Shown: one piece after another, positions 48,689 to 60,351 of the stretch
How positions within the stretch are numbered: the stretch's first letter is position 1
How the letters are laid out: each line of letters begins with the position of its first letter
Source: an uncultured Verrucomicrobiae bacterium
GTDB lineage: Bacteria; Verrucomicrobiota; Verrucomicrobiia; Limisphaerales; Palsa-1400
Direction of reading: 5' to 3'
DNA length: 64,000 nt
NCBI GenBank assembly: GCA_963707025.1
Contig: CAVPOM010000004.1
Location: 608,001 to 672,000 of the forward strand
Made by a program: the position numbers and the translations under genes
The notes under the pieces: generated by a model
The model's input: only the letters and a program-made list of their open reading frames with translations
Databases searched by the model: none
Told to the model about the DNA's origin: nothing

Positions 48689-51289
48689 TCAATTGAGGAA
48701 CAGGACTTCGTTGGTCTGGAGGAGGGCGTGGGCGTATTTGGCCCAGGTGCCGATGGCCCGCAACTGGTTGGGGCCCAGGCTGACCAGGGACATGCTGCGC
48801 CGCCCGCCGGCGCGGCCGCCGACGGGCCGGGCGGTGGCGCCGCGGTCGGCGCGGAGACGCTGGCGCGCCTCCTCGGTGATCAATTCCGCCGGAGGCGAGT
48901 CGTCCACAAATTCCACGCCCAGCTTGATTTCCATGTCCGTCGGGGGCCGCTGCAAAATGCGGTCGTAGAGGAAGCGGATGCGGGCCTCGGGGCCGGACAG
49001 GGCGAGGAACTCAGGCAGGTTGACCAGCTTGCGGGCCAGTTCCACGACCAGGGGACTGTTCATCATGAACAGGGCCTGCTGCGGCACGGTGGTCTGGTAG
49101 CGTTTGCCCATGGTGATGTCAGGGTTGGCAAAATCGAATTGACTGTACACTTCCGGCAGATTGCGGCGGTCCACCAAACCATAGAGGGTGCGGCGATGGG
49201 AGAAGCCGCCCTGGCCCTGTTGCAGCGGCACGGGCGGGCCGCCAAGGGTCAAATCCAACTGCCCGCCCAGGGCGAGGACGGAATCGCGCACGGCCTCAAA
49301 TTCCAGGCGGTGGATGTTGGCGCGCCACAAGAGCCGGTTCTGCGGGTCCACTTCGGCGTAACGCGGATTGTTCTGGCTGCTTTGCTGGTAAACGCTGGAA
49401 AGCATGATGAGGCGGTGGAGTTTTTTGATGGACCAGCCGTCTTGCATGAAGCGGGCCGCCAGCCAGTCCAGCAGTTCGGGATGGCTGGGCGGGTCGGACT
49501 GGTTGCCGAAATCGTCCGGGGTGGTGACGATGCCTTCGCCGAAATGGTGCATCCAGACCCGGTTGACCAGGACGCGGGCGGTGAGGGGATTGGCCGGATT
49601 GACGATGGCCTGGGCCAGTTGGAGGCGGCCGCTGCCGAAGCGGAAGAGCGGGGGATTGGGGCCGGCGATGACGGAGAGGAAATGGCGCGGCACCAGGTCG
49701 CCCTTGTTGCCGGCCTCGCCGCGGATGAAGAGGGGTGAATCGTGGGGCTTGAGGATGTCGCGCAAAACGGTGGCGCGGGGCGGAGAGCCGGGATCGTTGG
49801 CCTCAAGGTAGGCGACGGCGCGGCGGGCCTGATTGATTTGTTGCTGGAGTTGTTTGCGCGTGTCGGCGTTGGAGCCAGCTCCGCCGCCGCGGGCCAGGCT
49901 GCGCAGTTTGAACTGGGCCTGGGCCAGGATTTGGTTGGTGGCGTTGAACTTGGCCGCGAAATTGGCGTAGGCCGGGGTCATCTTGATTTCCCCCAAAAGC
50001 GGCTCCTCGGCCGGTTCAGCCGAGCTGTCAAATATGCCTTTCAAGGAATAGTAATCCTTTTGCGGAATGGGGTCGAATTTATGGTCGTGGCAGCGGGCGC
50101 AGGTGACGGTCAGGCCGAGCATGCCTTTGCAGACCACGTCAATCCGGTCGTTGATGATGTCGTTGATGTTATCATTGAAACGGGGTCCGAGGGTGAGGAA
50201 GCCCAGGGCGGCCAGTTCCTGGTGGTCCTTGGTTTGGGGAAGCTGATCGCCGGCGATTTGTTCGCGGATGAATTGGTTGTAGGGCTTGTCTTCGTTGAAG
50301 GAGCGCACCACGTAATCGCGATAAGTCCAGGCGAAGGGATATTGCGGGGTATCCTGATTGGCTTTGATGTCGCCCTTGGTGTCGGCGTAGCGGGCGGTGT
50401 CGAGCCAGAACCGGCCCCAGCATTCCCCGTATTGCGGCGAGGCCAGGAGGCGGTCCACCACCTTGGCGAAGGCGGCGGGGGAGGGGTCGTTGGCGAAGTC
50501 CAGCGCTTCCTCCGGGGTGGGCGGCAGTCCTGTCAAGTCGAAAGTAGCGCGGCGCAGCAAGGCCTGCTTGTCCGCGGGCGGGGCCGGCTTGAGGTGGCTG
50601 GCCTCCAGTTTGGCCAGAATGAAGGCGTCCACCGGCGTGGCCACCCAGGCGGCGTCGGCCACTTCCGGGGGCTGGACTTTTTGCAGGGGCTGAAAGGACC
50701 AGTGTTCGCGCCGGTTTTTGCCCCAGTCCGCCGCGGCCAGGGTGGCGCCGGCCACGCGCGGGTCGGGCGCGCCCATTTTGACCCAGGCTTCCAGGTCGGC
50801 GATCTGCTGGTCGGGAAGTTTCTGGTCCTTGGGCGGCATTTGCAGGTCCGGGTCGGTGTAGCGGACGGCTTTGATGAGCAGGCTGTTGTCCGGATCGCCG
50901 GGGAGGATGGCCGGCCCGGTCTCGCCGCCTTTGAGGAGGCTTTCGCGGAATTCGACGGAGAGATTGGCCTTGAGTTTTTCGGCCTGGCGGCTGTGGCATT
51001 TGTAACAATTATTGACAAAGACGGGGCGGATTTTGTTTTCGAAGAACTGGAGTTGGGCCGGAGTGGGGTCCGCCGCCCAGGCGGGCAGGGGACTCAAGAG
51101 GAGCAGGCCCCAATGCAGGGCGCGGCGGAGGATTGGCAGCCCTGGATTGGCGCACGGAGCTAGAGGGCACATCTTGACACTGGCGCCTTTGGATGGGAGA
51201 AACCTCTCACCCTGGCCCTCTCCCCACTTTGTGGGGCGAGGGAATTGGCCCTTCGCATGGGGGCGGTGTCGAGAGGCGGACGGACTCAT
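48689..51289 (-). CDS. PSD1/DUF1549/DUF1553 protein with planctomycete-type cytochrome c domain (true start may be 51172)
   Basis: FFENKIRP..CYKCH, LLRRATFDLTGLPP, CARCHDHKFDP, HPELLDWLA. Confidence 0.93.
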   Translation of the reverse strand: MSPSASRHRPHAKGQFPRPTKWGEGQGERFLPSKGASVKMCPLAPCANPGLPILRRALHWGLLLLSPLPAWAADPTPAQLQFFENKIRPVFVNNCYKCHSRQAEKLKANLSVEFRESLLKGGETGPAILPGDPDNSLLIKAVRYTDPDLQMPPKDQKLPDQQIADLEAWVKMGAPDPRVAGATLAAADWGKNRREHWSFQPLQKVQPPEVADAAWVATPVDAFILAKLEASHLKPAPPADKQALLRRATFDLTGLPPTPEEALDFANDPSPAAFAKVVDRLLASPQYGECWGRFWLDTARYADTKGDIKANQDTPQYPFAWTYRDYVVRSFNEDKPYNQFIREQIAGDQLPQTKDHQELAALGFLTLGPRFNDNINDIINDRIDVVCKGMLGLTVTCARCHDHKFDPIPQKDYYSLKGIFDSSAEPAEEPLLGEIKMTPAYANFAAKFNATNQILAQAQFKLRSLARGGGAGSNADTRKQLQQQINQARRAVAYLEANDPGSPPRATVLRDILKPHDSPLFIRGEAGNKGDLVPRHFLSVIAGPNPPLFRFGSGRLQLAQAIVNPANPLTARVLVNRVWMHHFGEGIVTTPDDFGNQSDPPSHPELLDWLAARFMQDGWSIKKLHRLIMLSSVYQQSSQNNPRYAEVDPQNRLLWRANIHRLEFEAVRDSVLALGGQLDLTLGGPPVPLQQGQGGFSHRRTLYGLVDRRNLPEVYSQFDFANPDITMGKRYQTTVPQQALFMMNSPLVVELARKLVNLPEFLALSGPEARIRFLYDRILQRPPTDMEIKLGVEFVDDSPPAELITEEARQRLRADRGATARPVGGRAGGRRSMSLVSLGPNQLRAIGTWAKYAHALLQTNEVLFLN
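51203..51243. repeat. CCTCTCACCC..CCCTCTCCC..GGGGCGAGGG palindromic interspersed-repeat-like element
   Basis: Imperfect hairpin between DUF1501 and the probable PSD1 start. Confidence 0.45.
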
Positions 51290-52696
51290 TCAGGCCATGA
51301 CTCCTTTCACGACGGTGCCGGCGACATCGGTCAAACGGAAGTCGCGGCCGTTGTAGCGATAGGTCAATTTGGTGTGGTCAAACCCGAGCAAGGCCAGAAT
51401 GGTGGCGTGGAGGTCGTGGATATGCACGGGATTTTCCACGGCCTTGGCGCCGATTTCATCGGTGGCGCCATAAACGGTCCCGCCTTTGACGCCGCCGCCC
51501 GCCAGCCAGAGGCTGAAGCCCTTGGAGTTGTGGTCGCGTCCGGGCTTGGGGTTGCCGCCGCGGTCCTGGGTGGGAGTGCGTCCGAATTCACCGCCCCAGA
51601 CTACCAGGGTGCTGTCGAGCAAGCCGCGCTCTTTCAAATCGGCCAGCAACGCGCCCAGGGGCTGGTCAATCTCGCGGGCGCTTTGGGGCAGGCGGACGGC
51701 GATGTCCTGGTGATGGTCCCAGCCGCCGGCCCAGACTTGGACGAAGCGGACGCCGCGTTCGAGCAGGCGGCGGGCGAGGAGCATTTGCCGGCCCTGGGTG
51801 GTATCGCCATAAAGGGCGCGGACGGCGGCCGGTTCTTTTTGGAGATCGAAAGCGTCGGAGGCGGCGGCCTGCATTTTGAAGGCGATTTCGTAGGCTTCGA
51901 TGCGGGCTTCCAGTTGGGCGTCCTTTTGCAGATTCTGGGCGTGGAGTTCGTTGAGTTGATGGATCAAATCGAGCTGGCGGCGCTGCTCCTTTTCGGAGAC
52001 GTAGGGATTGCTGATGTTTTCAATCATCTGATTGACAGAACCGGCCTGGGTGTTGATGCTGGTCCCCTGGTAAACGCCGGGCAGAAAGGCCGCGCCCCAA
52101 TTTTGTTCGCCGCCGGCCGGGACGCCGCCGCCGGCGTGGAGGGAGATGAAGCCGGGCATGTTTTGATTTTCCGTGCCCAAGCCGTAAACCGTCCAGGATC
52201 CCAGGCAGGGTTTGACCAACTGGCGGGAGCCGGTGTTCATCATGACGGTGGCGATTTCGTGCGCCGGGATGTCGGTGTACATGGAGCGGATCAGGGCCAT
52301 CTCGTCCACATGTTCGGCCAGTTTGGGAAAAACTTCGCTCACCTCGATGCCCGACTGGCCATGTTTGGCAAAACTGAAAGGGGAGGGCATGGCGACGCCT
52401 TTGTCGCCGACGGGCTGGCCGGCGTATCTGGCCAGGGCGGGCTTGGGGTCCCAGGTATCCACATGGGAGGGCGCGCCGGCGGCAAAGATGTGGATGACGC
52501 GTTTGGCCTTGGCGGGCAAAGGCGGCGTTTTGGGGGCGAGGGTGGAGAGGCCCGGCGGCAGATCGGCCGCCCAGAGCGAGTCCTGGCTGAGGAGGGCCGC
52601 CAGACCCAGGCCGCCAAAGCCCAGGCCGAGGCGGGAGAGGAATTCACGGCGGTTGAGCACCGGGGTCCGGATGCAGTTTTCGCACAGATCGAACAT
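51290..52696 (-). CDS. DUF1501 domain protein (Tat signal)
   Basis: NRREFL, AKRVIHIF, SHVDTWDPKP, GEFGRTP, GRDHN, DLHATIL. Confidence 0.93.
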   Translation of the reverse strand: MFDLCENCIRTPVLNRREFLSRLGLGFGGLGLAALLSQDSLWAADLPPGLSTLAPKTPPLPAKAKRVIHIFAAGAPSHVDTWDPKPALARYAGQPVGDKGVAMPSPFSFAKHGQSGIEVSEVFPKLAEHVDEMALIRSMYTDIPAHEIATVMMNTGSRQLVKPCLGSWTVYGLGTENQNMPGFISLHAGGGVPAGGEQNWGAAFLPGVYQGTSINTQAGSVNQMIENISNPYVSEKEQRRQLDLIHQLNELHAQNLQKDAQLEARIEAYEIAFKMQAAASDAFDLQKEPAAVRALYGDTTQGRQMLLARRLLERGVRFVQVWAGGWDHHQDIAVRLPQSAREIDQPLGALLADLKERGLLDSTLVVWGGEFGRTPTQDRGGNPKPGRDHNSKGFSLWLAGGGVKGGTVYGATDEIGAKAVENPVHIHDLHATILALLGFDHTKLTYRYNGRDFRLTDVAGTVVKGVMA

Positions 52697-53645
52697 AGGA
52701 TTAAGTCACTTGATGACGAGTTAAGATCACATTATGTCTGCGTGATTGTAAGCATACATTATACCTTGCATTCGGGCAAATAAATACACTGCAAAAGACG
52801 GCGGGGGAGGCGGGGTGGTTTCAAGGGTTTTAAGGGATTCGATCCCGAGGCGGGCATGACCGGCGGGGTGTTCGAGGTCAAGGTGGTCAGGGTTAAGAAC
52901 ATGGTTTGACTGAGTTTGACCGGTTTGGGTGTCCGGCGGGGAATTGCCGTGAATAAATCCAGCACGACAACGGCGCGAGCAACGATGAATTGGCCGGGAA
53001 AGAGCGGAAAGGTCGCAAAGAAAAAATCGGCATAAGCCATTATCGCTGTGGCTCTTGCAGTCATTTGTGGAGAAGTATTGGCAGAACAGCGGACTGATTG
53101 AGAGTCGAGGGGCGGCATACTACCTGGATTAGCATTCTTAGCGTCAGGTTTGACGGTCAAACCTGCATTTTGGTTTGACCAGGTTTGACCGGGTATGACC
53201 GGATTGACCAGTGGGGCGAAGGTGGGCAAAAGCTGCCCATGCCGGGTGTTGGCGTTAAGCTGCTTCCTAAACTGCGCGGAGGTTGCGTCCCAGACACACC
53301 GGAACCCGCCCGCCCTTTGTGGCCTTGCCTTTCTCACTATGGAACATTAACAGATACTTGAAAGCTGTCAACGGAAATCATGGCTCATGTATCAGCAGAT
53401 TGTTGCGGACCCGCAAAACAGATCAGAGCATCCGTCCGCTATTGAACCCGACCCTTCTCGAAGATGGCTGCGGTGGAAGTGGTCTGTCTGGTTTGGCGTC
53501 AAGCAGGTTCGCCTTATCTGGCGCGGAGATTTGCGTGAAAAATGCGACGCTCATAGAGCGCCGCTACATCATTCTTGGAATCGCGGCGAAGGTTGGCAGT
53601 TCTTGCTTGCCATTCCGGCGCCGGCTGCGGAGTCTCGGTGTCGCA

Positions 53646-54659
53646 ATGGCGAAACGAGCGCTCATTACGGGGATCACCGGGCAGGATGGTTCTTATCTGG
53701 CGGAATTGTTGCTGGCCAAAGGCTACGAGGTGCATGGCCTCATCCGCCGGGCGAGCACGTTTAACACCGGACGGCTCGATGCGATCTATTCGGACCCGCA
53801 TGCGGCCAAGGCCCGGTTGTTTCTCCATTACGGCGACTTGAGCGACGCGAGCGGATTGAGCCGGCTGCTGGGCGAGGTGCGGCCGGAGGAGATTTACAAC
53901 CTGGCCGCGCAGAGCCATGTGCGGGTGAGCTTCGATTCGCCGGAATACACGGCGGACATCGGAGCCACCGGCACGGTGCGGCTGCTGGAAGCCCTGCGGC
54001 AGGGGGGGGTGCAGGCGCGTTTTTACCAGGCTTCCTCCAGCGAGATGTTCGGCCAGGCGCCGGAGATTCCGCAAAGCGAGGCGACGGCTTTTCATCCGCG
54101 CAGTCCGTATGGCTGCGCCAAGGTGTATTCGTATTGGATCACGGTCAATTACCGGGAATCTTACGGCTTGCACGCCAGCAACGGGATCCTGTTCAACCAC
54201 GAATCGCCGCGGCGCGGGGAGACGTTTGTCACGCGCAAGATCACGCGGGCATTGGCCCACATCCTGGCGGGTTTGCAGGACAAGCTTTTCCTGGGGAATC
54301 TGGAGGCCAAGCGGGACTGGGGTTACGCCAGGGAATATGTGGAGGCGATGTGGCTGATGCTGCAGCAGGAGCAGCCGGATGATTATGTGGTGGCGACGGG
54401 GGAAACGCATTCCATCCGGGAGTTTCTGGAACTGGCGTTCGGCCATGCCGGGTTGTCGTGGGAGAAATATGTGGAAATTGACCGGCGTTATTACCGTCCG
54501 GCGGAGGTGGATGTGCTGATGGGCGATGCGCGCAAGGCGCGGCGGCAACTGGGCTGGGAACCCAAAACCAAGTTTGCCGATCTGGTCAAACTGATGGTGG
54601 AGGCGGACGTAAAACTTTTGAAGGACCATCGGGAGGGGCGGATCAAGGTGACAAGTTGA
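53646..54659 (+). CDS. gmd: GDP-mannose 4,6-dehydratase
   Basis: [49 protein letters not shown]. Confidence 0.97.
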   Translation: MAKRALITGITGQDGSYLAELLLAKGYEVHGLIRRASTFNTGRLDAIYSDPHAAKARLFLHYGDLSDASGLSRLLGEVRPEEIYNLAAQSHVRVSFDSPEYTADIGATGTVRLLEALRQGGVQARFYQASSSEMFGQAPEIPQSEATAFHPRSPYGCAKVYSYWITVNYRESYGLHASNGILFNHESPRRGETFVTRKITRALAHILAGLQDKLFLGNLEAKRDWGYAREYVEAMWLMLQQEQPDDYVVATGETHSIREFLELAFGHAGLSWEKYVEIDRRYYRPAEVDVLMGDARKARRQLGWEPKTKFADLVKLMVEADVKLLKDHREGRIKVTS

Positions 54660-54681
54660 CGTATTTTTGACTGTAATAAAC

Positions 54682-54711
54682 TTGACCGGGGGCGCTTCGC
54701 GCCCGTAACCT
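54682..54711 (+). promoter_or_regulatory. Possible sigma-70 promoter of the mre operon
   Basis: TTGACC-18 nt-TAACCT upstream of mreB. Confidence 0.4.
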
Positions 54712-54735
54712 GCGGGCGATTGGTAGGCAAAATTC

Positions 54736-55762
54736 ATGTTTGATCAATTCAAAAGCCTGTTTTCCAACGACATCGGAATTGACTTGGGCACGGCCAATTG
54801 TCTCGTTTATGTCAGGGACAAGGGGATTGTGCTGCGAGAGCCTTCGGTGGTCGCCATCAAGGCCGGCACAACCAATGTGCTGGCGGTGGGCGAGGAGGCC
54901 AAACGAATGTTGGGACGGACCCCGGGCAATATCATCGCCATCCGGCCGATGAAGGACGGCGTGATCGCCGATTTTGAAATCACCGAGGCCATGCTGCGAC
55001 ATTTCATCCAGCGAGTGCATCATCGCAAATTGATCGCGCCCCGGGTGCTGGTGGCGGTGCCTTCGGGGATCACGGAGGTGGAGCGGCGGGCGGTGAAAGA
55101 TTCCGCCACGCACGCTGGGGCGCGGGACGTGCATTTGATCCCGCAACCGATGGCCTCGGCCATCGGGGTGGGACTGCCGGTGGCTGAACCGGCGGGCAAT
55201 ATGATCGTGGACATCGGGGGCGGAACGTGCGAGATCGCGATTATTTCGCTGGCTGGCATCGTGTTCAGCCGCAGTTTGCGCGTGGGGGGCGATGAGTTTG
55301 ACGAGACGATCGTGGCGCACATGAAGAGAGCCTATAACCTGATGATTGGCGAACGGACGGCGGAAGAGATCAAGATCCGGGTGGGATCTGCCTTCCCGCT
55401 GGAACAGGAGTTGACGATGGAAGTGAAAGGGCGCGATTTAAGCGCCGGCCTGCCAAAGACTTTATCCATTCGTTCGGAAGAAATTCGAGAGGCCTTGAAA
55501 GAGCCTCTGAGCAGTATTTTGGAGAGCGTCCGCATCACCCTGGAGCGCTGCCCGCCCGAGTTGTCCGCCGACCTGGTGGAACGGGGGATCGTGATGGCCG
55601 GGGGCGGGGCGCTGCTGCGGGGCATTGACCGGCTGGTGGCCAAGGAAACGGGGCTGCCGGTGCATGTGGCCGAGGACCCGATGAGCGCGGTGGCGGAAGG
55701 GACGGGACAGGTGCTGCAAAACTTCGAATTTCTCAACGCGTTTGACTTCCGGCAAGAGTTGA
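54736..55762 (+). CDS. mreB: Rod shape-determining protein MreB (probable indel near 55738; as read the ORF runs to 56016)
   Basis: [35 protein letters not shown]; shifted frame gives ...RLTSGKS-stop. Confidence 0.95.
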
Positions 55763-55855
55763 CTCAAGCGCCGTTCGCCCAAGCAAACAAAGTGGCCGCC
55801 CCTGCGGGGAAGGCGGCCGGCAAAAAGACGGCCCGGCGGCAGGAGCCGGGGCCGG

Positions 55856-56689
55856 ATGGGCGAAAAGTTGAAGAAGACGCAATATATAACTTTGGTTTTG
55901 GTGGTTTTGCTGGTGGTGGTGCTTTTGAGCCTGCCCAGCCGCACGGCGGACGGGTTGAAGCTGGCCATCAGCGGACTGTTTATGCCGTTGTACGGATTGG
56001 CGGCCTCGAGCCATGAGGCGGCGGCCAAGACGCGCGACACGCTCACGCCGAGAGGGGAATTGCTCCGGGAAAGGGACCTGCTTCGCACGAACAACCAGCT
56101 TTTGACCCTCCGGCTGCAAGCGGCGGCGGACGCTGTGCGCGAGAACGAACAATTCCGCCAGATGCTCAAAATCCCCCCGGCAAAACAAGGGACGCTCCAG
56201 TTGGCGCGGGTGATCGCGCGCGATCCGGAGACGTGGTGGCGGAGTGTGTGGATTGACCTGGGCAGCCGCACGACGCCGGGGATGCGGACCAATTTGCCGG
56301 TGCGGACGGCCGACGGGCTGGTGGGCAAGGTGGTGGTGGTGGGGGAAAGACGGTCGCAGGTGCTGCTGCTGGGCGATGCGGGGCTGCGGGTGGCGGTGCT
56401 GGTGGGGCCGGGGGGGCTGAACGGGACGCTGACGGCGGGGACGGCGTGGATGCGGGAGAATAATATGCTTGACATTGAGAATCTTGCCGGGGAGAGCGCG
56501 GACCGGATGGTCCATCCCGGGGACCAGGTGGTGACGTGGGGCGTGGGCGGGGTGTTCCCGGGCGGGATTCCGGTGGGCCAGGTGGTGGATGTGCCGCGGA
56601 AGGATTACGGGACGGCGACGGAAGCGCGGGTGCGGCCTGCGGCCCACCTGGACGCGCTGCAGTACGTGTGGGTGATGATTTTGCCATGA
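55856..56689 (+). CDS. mreC: Rod shape-determining protein MreC
   Basis: TM, coiled coil, [23 protein letters not shown]; synteny. Confidence 0.92.
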   Translation: MGEKLKKTQYITLVLVVLLVVVLLSLPSRTADGLKLAISGLFMPLYGLAASSHEAAAKTRDTLTPRGELLRERDLLRTNNQLLTLRLQAAADAVRENEQFRQMLKIPPAKQGTLQLARVIARDPETWWRSVWIDLGSRTTPGMRTNLPVRTADGLVGKVVVVGERRSQVLLLGDAGLRVAVLVGPGGLNGTLTAGTAWMRENNMLDIENLAGESADRMVHPGDQVVTWGVGGVFPGGIPVGQVVDVPRKDYGTATEARVRPAAHLDALQYVWVMILP

Positions 56690-57237
56690 ACTGGCTGAAC
56701 ACAATATTTATCCTGGCGCTGGCCTACGTGGCCTCCTTTTTGGAGGGGGGGGTTGGCTGGATGCGGGATCTGCTGGGGGCGCCGGTCAGCGCGCTGCCGG
56801 CGCTGATGGTTTATACCAGTTTGCGGGCGGGGATCGGAGCGGTGGCGCTGCTGGCGGTGTGCGGCGGATTGTGGCGGGATTCGCTCTCGGCCGATCCGCT
56901 GGGGGCGAGCATTCTGCCGCTGTTTTTCATCGGGTTTATTATTTTGCGCAGGCGGGAGTTGTTGTTGCGGGAACATCAATTTGCCCAGATCGCCCTGGGG
57001 CTGGCGGCGGGGGCGGTCTTTCCCCTGGGGACGCTTTTTCTGCTGTTGAACCTGGGGCGGGCGCCGCTGCCGGGCTGGAGCTGGGTGTGGCAGTGGGTGT
57101 TGGGGACGCTGGCGGGAGGGGTGTTGACGCCGTTGTTGTTCGGGCTGTTTGACCGGCTGCGGCGGGCGCTGGAGTATCCGGCGCTGAAGCAAACCAGTTT
57201 CCGGGAGGACCGGGAAATCAAGCGGGGGCGGCAGTAA
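56686..57237 (+). CDS. mreD: Rod shape-determining protein MreD
   Basis: Polytopic membrane protein, GLWRDSLS..PLG; synteny. Confidence 0.85.
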   Translation: MNWLNTIFILALAYVASFLEGGVGWMRDLLGAPVSALPALMVYTSLRAGIGAVALLAVCGGLWRDSLSADPLGASILPLFFIGFIILRRRELLLREHQFAQIALGLAAGAVFPLGTLFLLLNLGRAPLPGWSWVWQWVLGTLAGGVLTPLLFGLFDRLRRALEYPALKQTSFREDREIKRGRQ

Positions 57238-57238
57238 A

Positions 57239-59197
57239 ATGTTTATATTTGACATATTTAAACGGGAGGCGCGGCGGCTGCGGACGGTGAGCGTGGTCAT
57301 GGCGGGGGGCATGGTGGCGCTGCTGGCCGGGCTGTGGTTTGTGCAGATTGTCTCGGGCAAGCAGATGCAGGGCCAGGCTGGAGATCCAATCCTTCCGCAA
57401 GCCGCAGGTGCCGGCGGAGCGGGGCCGGATTCTGGACCGCAACGGGCAGGCGCTGGTGGAGAACCGGGCGCAATACAACGCGGTGCTTTATTTGGAGGAT
57501 TTGCGGAGCCAATTCACCAATGAATACTACAGCCATGTGCTGAAAGAATACATGCGGGACCATCCAGGAAGCGGCCGGCTGCCCTCGCGGGTGACGGCTC
57601 CGCTGCGGCTGGAGGCGGATTACCGGGTGGTGAGCAACCTGAGCCAGCGGGTGGCGGAGGTTTTGCGCCAGCCGATGACGCTGAGCCGGGAGCGGTTCGG
57701 CTATTTTTACACCAATTACACGTTCATGCCGCTGCCGATTGCGACGAATTTGAACGCCACCAATGTGGCGCGATTTTCCGAAACATTGTACGGCGAGCGG
57801 GGTCTGGATTTGGTGAGGCAGCCGGTGGTGAGTTATCCGCACAAGACGACGGCGGCGCATCTGCTGGGTTATGTGGTGCGGACGGGGGAGGACAGAAAGT
57901 ATCTGGCGCCGGGTTACAAGGGGAACACCGGAATTGAAGCGGCCTTTGACGAACGGTTGAAGGGAGAGCCGGGCACGAATCTGGTGCTGGTGAACAACGA
58001 GGGCTACCGCCGGCATGTGGAAGCCCTGGCGCCCAACCAGGCGGGGCAAGACATATACTTGACGATCAGCCTGCCCCTGCAAAAGGCGGTGGAGAAAGCG
58101 CTGGCCCAACGGAGCACGCGCGGGGCCGCGGTGGTGATGGATGTGCATACGGGGGACATTTTGGCCATGGCCTCAGTGCCAACCTTCGATCCGAACGAAT
58201 TTGTCTCCGGCGTTTCTCCGGCGCGCTGGGAGGAGTTGAATGATGCCAGGCTCCAACCTCAGGTGAGCCGGGCGACCTACGACGCGTATCCCCCAGGCTC
58301 CACCTTCAAGATCATCACCACCCTGGCCTGCCTGGAGAGCGGGGTGATGGATGTGAACGAGCCTTACCTGGTCCCCGCCGACGAGGAGAATCCCGGCCAC
58401 GGGGTGTTTAGAGAATCAGGGTATCACATCAGGGACACCGCCCCGCCCGGCGAGTATAAGTTTGAGAGCGCGTTTTATCATTCGTGCAACAGCTATTTCG
58501 GCCATTACGGCTTAAAGGCGGGTTTGCGCAAATTGCTGGAGGTGGCCAAACGGTTTCATCTGGGGGAAAAGACGGACTTTGCCGTCCCGGGCGAGGAAGT
58601 GGCGGGGGTAGTTCCCGGGCCCGAGCAAGCCGGGGGAAAGGACTGGCCGTTGAACAAAACGCCTTATGTGGCCATCGGCCAGGAAATCACGGTGACGCCG
58701 CTGCAAATGACGGTGATGGCGGCGGCCATCGCCAACGGGGGAACGGTCTTCTGGCCGCGCCTGGTGAGCCGGGCGGGCTGGCCGGAAACGGGGGCGGTGG
58801 AGGAGCTTTATGCGGCGGGCCGGGTGCGCGACCGGGTGCATCTGGATCCGCAGCATCTCCAGATTCTGCGCAACGCCATGCTGCAGGATACCGAACATCC
58901 CGGGGCCAACGCCTATGATTCATTCCATCCGCCGGAGCGCGTGCTGGAGCAGGCCCATTTCCGGGTGGCGGGCAAGACGGGCACGGCGCAGGTAAAATCC
59001 CGGCTCTCGAATACAACCGGGTGACGTGGTTTGTTTCCTACGGCCCCTTTGACGACCCGCGCTACGCGGTGGTGGTGATGATCGTGGACGGCGGCTCGGG
59101 CGGCGGCACCTGCGCGCCGGTGGCGGAGGAGATCTACAAGGCGATTGTGAAGCTGGAAAAAACCGGCCCGCTGACGGGGGCGCTGACCCGGAATTGA
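57239..59197 (+). CDS. mrdA: Penicillin-binding protein 2 (apparent frameshifts near 57365 and 59005)
   Basis: RGRILDRNG, PPGSTFK (SxxK), SCN (SxN), AGKTGTAQ, then shifted frame TWFVSYGPFDDPRYAVVV. Confidence 0.92.
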
Positions 59198-59199
59198 AC

Positions 59200-60348
59200 A
59201 TGTACGAGGCGCATCTCAACGGACGGAAAAATGAATGGGACTGGCCCTTGCTGCTGGCGGCGGGGGCGCTGGCGGTGGTGGGGGTGATTTTTATCTTCAG
59301 CGCCTCGGGGGAGGCGTCGCAGGACCTGGCGTTGTATCGGCAGAAGTTTTTCAAGCAAATCATCTGGTGCGCGGCCGGAGCGGGGGCGGCGGCGGCGCTT
59401 TGCCTGGTGGACTACGGCAAGGTGGCGCGGTGGTCGCGGGTGATTTACTGGGGGGCGATAGCGTCGCTCCTGGCGGTGCTGGTGATCGGGGTGGTGCATA
59501 AGGGAGGGCGGCGCTGGATCAGCACGGGGAGTTTTGACCTGCAGCCTTCGGAATTTGCCAAGATCGCGTTTATCTTTCTGATGGCTGATTTTTTGAGCCG
59601 GCCGGTGGAGGAATTGCGCCGGCCGCGGGTGTTCTTTGCGGCGCTGGGTTATACGGTGCTGCCGTTTGTCCTGATCTTAAAGGAGCCGGACCTGGGATCG
59701 GCGCTGGTGTTCCTGTCCATCTGCCTGGCCATGATGTTTGTGGCCGGCGTGCCCAACCGGTTCCTGGGGAGATTGGCGGGCTGGGTTGGCCCGTTGTTGA
59801 TCGTGTTGGTGGCGGCCATTCTGTATGCCTCCCCGGCCGTCACCATTGTCAAATCGTATCAGAAAGACCGGCTGCGGTCATTTTTCGGGCTGAACGAAAA
59901 GAGCGATGCCGCCAATTACAACGTCAACCAGTCGCTGATCGCGGTTGGGTCCGGCGGACTGTTGGGCAAGGGCTGGCGGCAGGGGACGCAGCACGAGCTG
60001 GGGTATTTGCCGTCGGCGGGAGCCAACAATGATTTCATTTTCTCGGTGATTGCCGAGGAGGAAGGCTTTGTGGGCAGCGTCGCGATCCTGGGGCTCTATT
60101 CGGTGCTTCTGTTGAGCGGGATTAAAGTGGCCAGCCAGGCGCGCGACCGCCTGGGACAATTGCTGGCCGTGGGCGTGGCGACCCTTTTGTTCAGCCACGT
60201 CTTTATCAACATTGGAATGAATATACGCTTAATGCCCGTGACGGGCATCCCACTGCCGCTCTTGAGTTATGGCGGGTCTTCGGTGGTTTGCTCGCTGATC
60301 GCCATCGGCGTTTTGCACAACGTTCACATTTATCGAAAGTCTTATTAG
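59200..60348 (+). CDS. rodA: Rod shape-determining protein RodA (SEDS family)
   Basis: QPSEFAK, EPDLGSA, NDFIFSVIAEE, PVTGIPLPLLSYGGSS. Confidence 0.95.
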   Translation: MYEAHLNGRKNEWDWPLLLAAGALAVVGVIFIFSASGEASQDLALYRQKFFKQIIWCAAGAGAAAALCLVDYGKVARWSRVIYWGAIASLLAVLVIGVVHKGGRRWISTGSFDLQPSEFAKIAFIFLMADFLSRPVEELRRPRVFFAALGYTVLPFVLILKEPDLGSALVFLSICLAMMFVAGVPNRFLGRLAGWVGPLLIVLVAAILYASPAVTIVKSYQKDRLRSFFGLNEKSDAANYNVNQSLIAVGSGGLLGKGWRQGTQHELGYLPSAGANNDFIFSVIAEEEGFVGSVAILGLYSVLLLSGIKVASQARDRLGQLLAVGVATLLFSHVFINIGMNIRLMPVTGIPLPLLSYGGSSVVCSLIAIGVLHNVHIYRKSY

Positions 60349-60351
60349 GTT

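Noticed and set aside
42395..52783. Long plus-strand ORFs (e.g. 42395-44023, 43932-45161, 49742-51163, 51245-52783)
   Set aside because: Antisense shadows of GC-rich minus-strand genes with clear family motifs
52759..53337. 192-aa ORF as a real gene
   Set aside because: Low-complexity translation of short DNA repeats; no recognisable domain
55763..56016. C-terminal extension of MreB
   Set aside because: Overlaps mreC; a one-base shift restores a normal-length MreB
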